The notes beneath the pieces are model-generated. The model did no database searches, was not told the origin of the DNA, and was given only the letters and a program-made list of their open reading frames with translations. A stretch of 58,011 bases of DNA. Origin: Girardia tigrina (taxonomy: Eukaryota). Below, one piece after another: positions 52,110 through 58,011 of the stretch. The stretch is from positions 1 through 58,011 of the forward strand of contig MQRK01226581.1 of the NCBI GenBank assembly GCA_001938485.1, written 5' to 3'. The position numbers and the translations under genes are program-made. Within the stretch, counting starts at the first letter, position 1; each line of letters opens with the position of its first letter.

Positions 52110-54910
52110 AAAAATTCGATAGCGATGAATTTCGATTTGATTGTGCAGAGAAATTTGCCGTATGACGTTCACGAATATCGACCGTCGACTGGCAATCAGA
52201 AACAAGAGGGATCATCCCTATGGGCCCAGATGCTCCCTTCAGTCGGACATTTCGAAAACATTTCGTAGGAATTTTCTCTTGAATCACCATAAAACATATT
52301 TTCTTTGAATATATTCTTTTTCGATTTGGTGAAAGGAACTAGATGTGTTTATGGTCATTGTAAAATTCTTCAAAACTAGTTCTGTACACTGCTTCACATG
52401 TTGGAGTTATAAAATATTCTTGTGATGAAAAATTGTATTTGTAGTATTGGGATAAATTTGAATTCTAAAAAAATTATTTATTTACGGAGCTGAAAAAAAC
52501 TCACCATTTTCTTAACAGAATTTTACTATCGGCCTGTACTAAATGAAATCATCAATCCGCTTCCTAGCCGTTCATTTTCATTACTAAAATATCATCAGTA
52601 TATTTACCATGGACTTATCAACAACAGGATTATAAGTTTATTCACATTTACTGGTTTATTTAAATCTGAACTTCTTCAATTTTATTTGTTAATTATTTAT
52701 TTATCGAACAATCATTTATCATAAATTATTTATCATTAATTATCTTTAATTATTTAGTCAAATCTACCTATTATGAAACTCATAAAACTTCCATTTGCAG
52801 CTCGTAAATCATAAAACCCATTACAAATTTCTAATTCTAATAATCATCCCTTATGAAATTGATAATTTCCTTATAAAATCATTTCATTATAAGATTAATA
52901 AATTCATTATAAAATTAACTTCTTAAAAGAAAATGATAAAATTTCAAATATTAATCGGCTGAGATTTCTCATTAAGATCCGCTTAGATTCAGGTTAAACT
53001 AAATCGAAACCGAACTCTCAATCCAAATTAACTCAATTAAGTCATAAAATTATGTAATTTCTAAAAATTTTAAATTCGCCGATTAAACATTGGTTAACTT
53101 CAAGAGTTACTAATTATAAGATTTCTATTCTATAATTCATACTGATAAAAGGTAATAAAGAAAATTTTATTTTATAATTCATATTGATAAAAATCAATTT
53201 AAAAATTCTATTTTGTATAAAACTGTTAATCAATAAAATTTAGTTCTCAGAAAATTTTATTTGTTTAAATTTGCTAATCTGGATTCCCAACGTGACACTC
53301 GGATTTGAATTGAAAGTCATTTTCGGCGGATCGCCGAAGCTCATATGAAACTCCGTGAAATCTCATGGGACGGCGGCGACGACTGGCAAGAAATCCGCCT
53401 AGACCGGGGCGCTAGACGACTGGGACTCGAATTTACAGGTTATTGATATTTAAAAGGGAGAATCATCATTATAGAATACATTTATTTAGTTAAATAAATT
53501 AAGCAATAAATAATAAATAACCAAAAAACAGAAAAATATTTACAGATAGGAGTTCAATGGGATCCGGAGAATGTCTCGATAAACGGTGTCTGTCGATTTA
53601 TTCGTCTTCTTCACTCGTCGACACGTCGGTTAGCCGAAATGTGTTTCTCGGTCGTTCTCTCGGTGCTGTAAATTCGTCAGTGGATTTTCCGCTCGGTGAG
53701 GCCATCGGTCTTCACTGATAATTTATCGTTCCTTTCGTTTGCGGTGTGCTCGTGGATCAACTGTTCTCACTCGAAGTTTCTTTGGTAACGTGATATCTCG
53801 ACGTAATGCGTAAACGTAAGTTCGGTTTTTATTTCAAAATGTGCGACTTAATTGACAAATGATTCTCATTTTATACCGTAGATGGGTTGTCCTATTGTCC
53901 CTTCTTGGCCAATTGCATGCTGCCAGCAAGAAGTCTGCAAAATTCTACGATGCTGGTTGGTCGGGCTTGTCCGTGTGTCTCCAAAAATTTTTGGTAATTT
54001 ATGATTTACTATAGAATTTTGTAATTGTCTTTTGACACATACGTTATTATTTTCAGCACGCACGCGCGGATTCACCGGTGATTCATACGGAATCATCACC
54101 TGATACCTATTTTTGGAGTCGCGGCTGACTCATGGTAATTTTAATTAATTCTCTATATTTCTTAATTAATTATTTGATCTTTCAGGGGTTATATCTTAGC
54201 TCGGGAAGGTGCTAGGGCCTTGTGGTTTTCGCCCCGAAATTGCACTTGCGATGTTCTTTCATGGGAGGGTCGGTTGACCCCATAGCTCTATTGGATACCC
54301 CGGTGAGGAACTTTGTTGTTTTCTGTCTGTTTTGTAATTAATTATTACTCTTTCAGGGTCAATAACTTCTTTCGGGGATCTGTTATGGTCTGACGAGTTC
54401 CACTCAGGGACTCGTCTTGTGAGGGACTATACGGAGAGGGTCGGTTGACCCCCCAACTCTACTGGGTATTCCGGTAAGAGGCTCCATCATTTTTCTATCC
54501 AATTATTAATTAATTTTTTATTCTTTCAGGGTTTATACTTTTGCTCCAGGTGATGTGACCAGCTGATGGTTTATCGTCACGAATTCACTTATCGATGTTC
54601 TATCTCGAGGGGAATATTCGATCGATTTCTTCTATCAGGTGCGTTTTTATTTAATGTCGTCTATTTGTTTTAGGTTATGTTTGTAGTTTCACTGCGACGT
54701 CCTCACTGCTCCGTCAGACTACGAAGGTGTCGAAAATGGTCTCGGGATTTATCCGGTTAAGACTTTTATCTGGTTATGATCTATCTGGTACCTTTTGAAT
54801 ATATGTATTATTTTTTTCTCTCTTTCTTTTTCCTCTGTTTGCTGAGTGCTGTGTTTTGCGCGTTTATGTCAATATGCTGGAAGATGTAAATAGGTTTTTC
54901 GACCGCAACA
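52110..54910. mobile_element. Element B: inverted, diverged copy of element A (left boundary uncertain)
   Basis: 53290-54750 aligns to the reverse complement of ~9960-11455; ends GACCGCAACA (A: GGACCGTAACA); weaker matches (CTATGG.CCCA) near 52220. Confidence 0.8.
53280..54800 (+). ncRNA. Predicted multi-exon non-coding transcript in element B
   Basis: GT-AG introns at 53439-53545, 53816-53881, 53994-54056, 54135-54185, 54303-54356, 54474-54529 and 54639-54686; exons 54186-54302 (117 nt), 54357-54473 (117 nt) and 54530-54638 (109 nt). Confidence 0.65.
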
Positions 54911-55329
54911 AATTATATATACTCCTTTATGCAAATCCATATTCTCTTGTATGCAAATCTATATTCCAATCACAAAAAAATTGATAACCTAATTTTATGA
55001 TAAATAAACAATTTACATCAATAACAAAAATTACAAGAAAAGTAACAATAAAAATAATATAAATACCAAAACATTAAATTAAAAATAATATTTAACATAA
55101 CTTTTAACAAGTAATTTTTAATTATATAAATTCTTTCGACAAGCTGCTTTTTCAAGTCAGTGCTTTGTATTGCTAAAGAAATTATGACATAAAGTCGTGT
55201 AATTATTTTCCGAGGCGAGAACCATATCCAAGCATTCCATAATTTGGTTGACTATTTTAGCAGTAATATATCTCCCCTTTATCATTGTAAAATAATTCTA
55301 AATAGGATTCGATTCAGTAAAATCTTTTT

Positions 55330-55520
55330 TCTTCCTTTTGGACCATAGCCGTTGGACCGTGGGTCCACCTAATTATACACAAGCCTTTGCCACATCTCTA
55401 TTTGAAGCCTCTCTTCTAAGACATTCCATGTTTAATTCCCTCCATTCTTTGAAGTCGTCTGTCGATTGTCTGTTTAGTCTTCCTCTTGGTCTTTCTTCTT
55501 CCACTCTTCAATCGACAGTT
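55330..55520 (-). mobile_element. RTE-clade LINE 3' tail
   Basis: Minus-strand RVEERPRGRLNRQSTDDFKEWRELNM...ASNRD matches the typical RTE ORF end (G.RPRGRP..RW.D...EW.....A.DR). Confidence 0.65.
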
Positions 55521-56499
55521 TTTGAAGAGGCTATATCGAGATATTTTATTTGGTTGAAAATCACAATTTAATGTTCGTCAAGTCGATCTCGATATTTGTT
55601 ATTGAAAATCACTATTTATTATTAAAAATTGAATTGCCATGTTGGAATCGAGATTTTAAAAAACAAATTGGAGACAGCTCCGTAGCCAGCTTTTTTTTCA
55701 TAGGGAGCTTTGTAATTTTTAAAATTCCTTGGGGGCTTCAAAACCAAGGTACATACAATTTTATAGAGAACTGTAAAAATAGTTATTCGCGTGCGTGAAC
55801 GGATAACTATTCTTACCAAAAAAAAGAATAATTTATCAAATTAACAACGTTTAACTGTCAACCAGGAACAGTGTGACGCAAATAAAGTAAAAATAAATAA
55901 AAAAATCACCTTAGATTATAACGAATTTATTAAAACCACCAAATCTTCCAAAACAATAGTTCAAAGCAATAAAATCACAGACGGAGATAATAAATCATAG
56001 AAGCAGATAAATATCAACGGTAAGTAATTATATACATTTTTTATATCAATTTATTTATTGATTTTTACAATCGATATTCCTATTGCTTTATTTTAATATT
56101 TATTTATTCACAGACCATGTCAATTCACACTCCGCCACGCACAACAACTCTACTTGACTCTATCCTGACCACGACATGAGCGACACTAAAAAAACGGCCA
56201 TCTCAACACTATTGTAAGTCTCCGATATGACAAGAAAAATCCAACCATCTATTAAATAAAAGCCAACAACAAGACTTGTTGTAAAAAAAACAAAAACACA
56301 TCGTGCTTAAACACGATAAAAAAATAACAAAATGATTACAAAAAACAAATTACTAACGAAGCACACACAATCACCGTACATAAAAAAATAAAATCGAATA
56401 AGTTCCGCATATCAAAAGTGAGGTATCACAACAACAAATCCTTCGCCATTTGACGCGACTGCATCTCCAATAGCTAAAATATCAATAGTGAAAGCATAT

Positions 56500-57420
56500 T
56501 TTCATGACCAAGTTTTTTTATTTTAAAAAAATTTACAGCCACAATCTTCGAGAAGTTTTTAAAAACATTTATAAAATCGTCAAATGCTATGCCAGCCACA
56601 AGTTGTTTTTCATAGCCAAGTAGCGTTAGGTTGGAAAGTCTGTCACATTTCATTGACATTCTAGTAGAGCAACTGGATTCTCGAAAGGGTAGATAAACCT
56701 TTTTTGCATACTGCATTAGAACTTCCAAACGTGAGAGCAGCAGCCATTGTTTGGGACAAAGTAGGAAAAACCTCATGCCAAATTTGAAGCTTTGTATATG
56801 CTTTCAACAGACTTTGATCAGGTTGCATAACCTCTAGTTGTTCATTGTCCAAAAGAAGTTTTTCTGCAACTTTCATTTCATTGACAAACTTTTCAACATC
56901 TGTACCAGCTACCTCGCAGATTGGCCGGACTGCGCTGCGATCCATGGGAGGAATAATACTTCGCATTGACTTAATTACTTGAGAGAATAGTGTGAAACGA
57001 TAAAGACCTAATAATACATATTTACAACGACTATTATGCATCTGGATTAAAAATGTTTTGATATCTCTCACTGACAACAATGTACTTTTTATCCATCACA
57101 TTGATAAAGCAAAATACGGATGTTGTTGGAGTGATTGCTATTTGAGGTTTATAATACAAACATAAGAAGTACTTACCTGTAATACTCGCTCAGAAAATCG
57201 TTTTTCTAGCTCTCCCATGGCAGAATCAATTGCAGAAAAATAAGGAACTCGTAAACGTTGTTTAAATGTACTTAAACCTGGCATATCCGATGATCCAATA
57301 GGAGACATGATGACTCTATCTGCATGTCTGAAGCGAGATGAAATGCAAATAATGTAATTATCGTAGAATACAAGTCCTAAGCGAATTATTTACTTCCTGT
57401 TTTCAAGACGCTTCCTTTTC
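56500..57420 (-). mobile_element. hAT (ZMYM1-like) transposase C-terminal remnant with dimerisation domain
   Basis: RVPYFSAIDSAMGELEKRFSE ... EVFPTLSQTMAAALTFGSSNAVCKKGLSTLSRI / RMSMKCDRLSNLTLLGYEKQLVAGIAFDDFINVF; frameshifted. Confidence 0.88.
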
Positions 57421-57539
57421 ACTTTTGACTCATTGAAAATAATTTGACAAAATTAAAATTATTCAAAAAGATCAAAAAGATAAAAAGGAAAGCAAAAATG
57501 CTCTGGACTCTTCAGAATCAAAAATTGACAAGACAGAAA

Positions 57540-58011
57540 AACAACCACCGATTCAAGATATCATAGGCTATGTATTAAAAGACAAACAATTTGAATTGAA
57601 AAAGGCTACACATATTTACATTACTAACAATAAGAAAATGAATAATAATGAAGAAAAACATTAAAGGATTTAAGAAAAAAAGGACATTTATTACAAAATT
57701 TGATAAAGGTAACGGCCTCGTCATACATAACAAATCAGATTACATAAGTAAAATGAATGACATATTAGGAACAGATAAATTCAGTAAATTAAGTTTAAAA
57801 GAAAATAGTAAACCGTTACCGATGAAGAATGAAACCGAATTAAAGGATATATTAAAGTGTCTTCTTAAGAATAAAAGCATCGATCAGAAATTTGAAAAAT
57901 TGTTGACATGCCAGGGTTCACAACCAGCTAAACTGTATGGTCTAACTAAAATACATAAAACTGGTCATCCACTCCGCCCTGTTTTATCAATGATTGACAC
58001 GGTTCAGTACA
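57540..58011 (+). mobile_element. Penelope-like reverse transcriptase N-terminal region, running off the window
   Basis: ITKFDKGNGLVIHNKSDYISKM...PAKLYGLTKIHKTGHPLRPVLSMI carries the DKG and LYGLPKIHK..PLRP motifs of Penelope RTs. Confidence 0.92.

Noticed and set aside
54186-54473. 117-nt (39-codon) exons as a protein repeat
   Set aside because: The first exon has stops in all three frames in both copies, the second has a shared stop at codon 3, and substitutions are mostly non-synonymous.
56020-56220. Plus-strand intron (GTAAGT...CACAG) followed by a ~100-nt exon-like segment
   Set aside because: Isolated, no recognisable product and no second copy to test conservation.

Overview
Very AT-rich eukaryotic DNA with assembly gaps, probably invertebrate. 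The ~50-60 nt GT-AG introns and the TE mix are compatible with a planarian-like genome, but that is inference only. No intact host gene is visible; the window is a transposon graveyard. It holds a 22-bp satellite; Tc1, mariner, Tigger/pogo and hAT remnants; several MITEs (one Stowaway-like); Penelope fragments (one with a minimal hammerhead ribozyme); an RTE tail; a Gypsy integrase tail; a mosaic dispersed repeat; and two 5'-only fragments of host genes (TRIP13/PCH2 and PSMD5-like). The most unusual signal is a family of three ~2.7-3.0 kb solo-LTR-like elements. Two have TGT...ACA ends and 4-bp target-site duplications (9855-12877 GCCC; 18365-21021 TAAT); the third is an inverted copy at ~52110-54910. 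They carry a chain of short GT-AG introns separating non-coding exons. Between two diverged copies the splice sites and exact lengths of the repeated exons (117/117/109 nt) and introns (51/54/56 nt) are identical, although a representative exon differs at ~24% of sites and has stops in all frames. This suggests a retroelement-borne, spliced, repeat-exon non-coding RNA.
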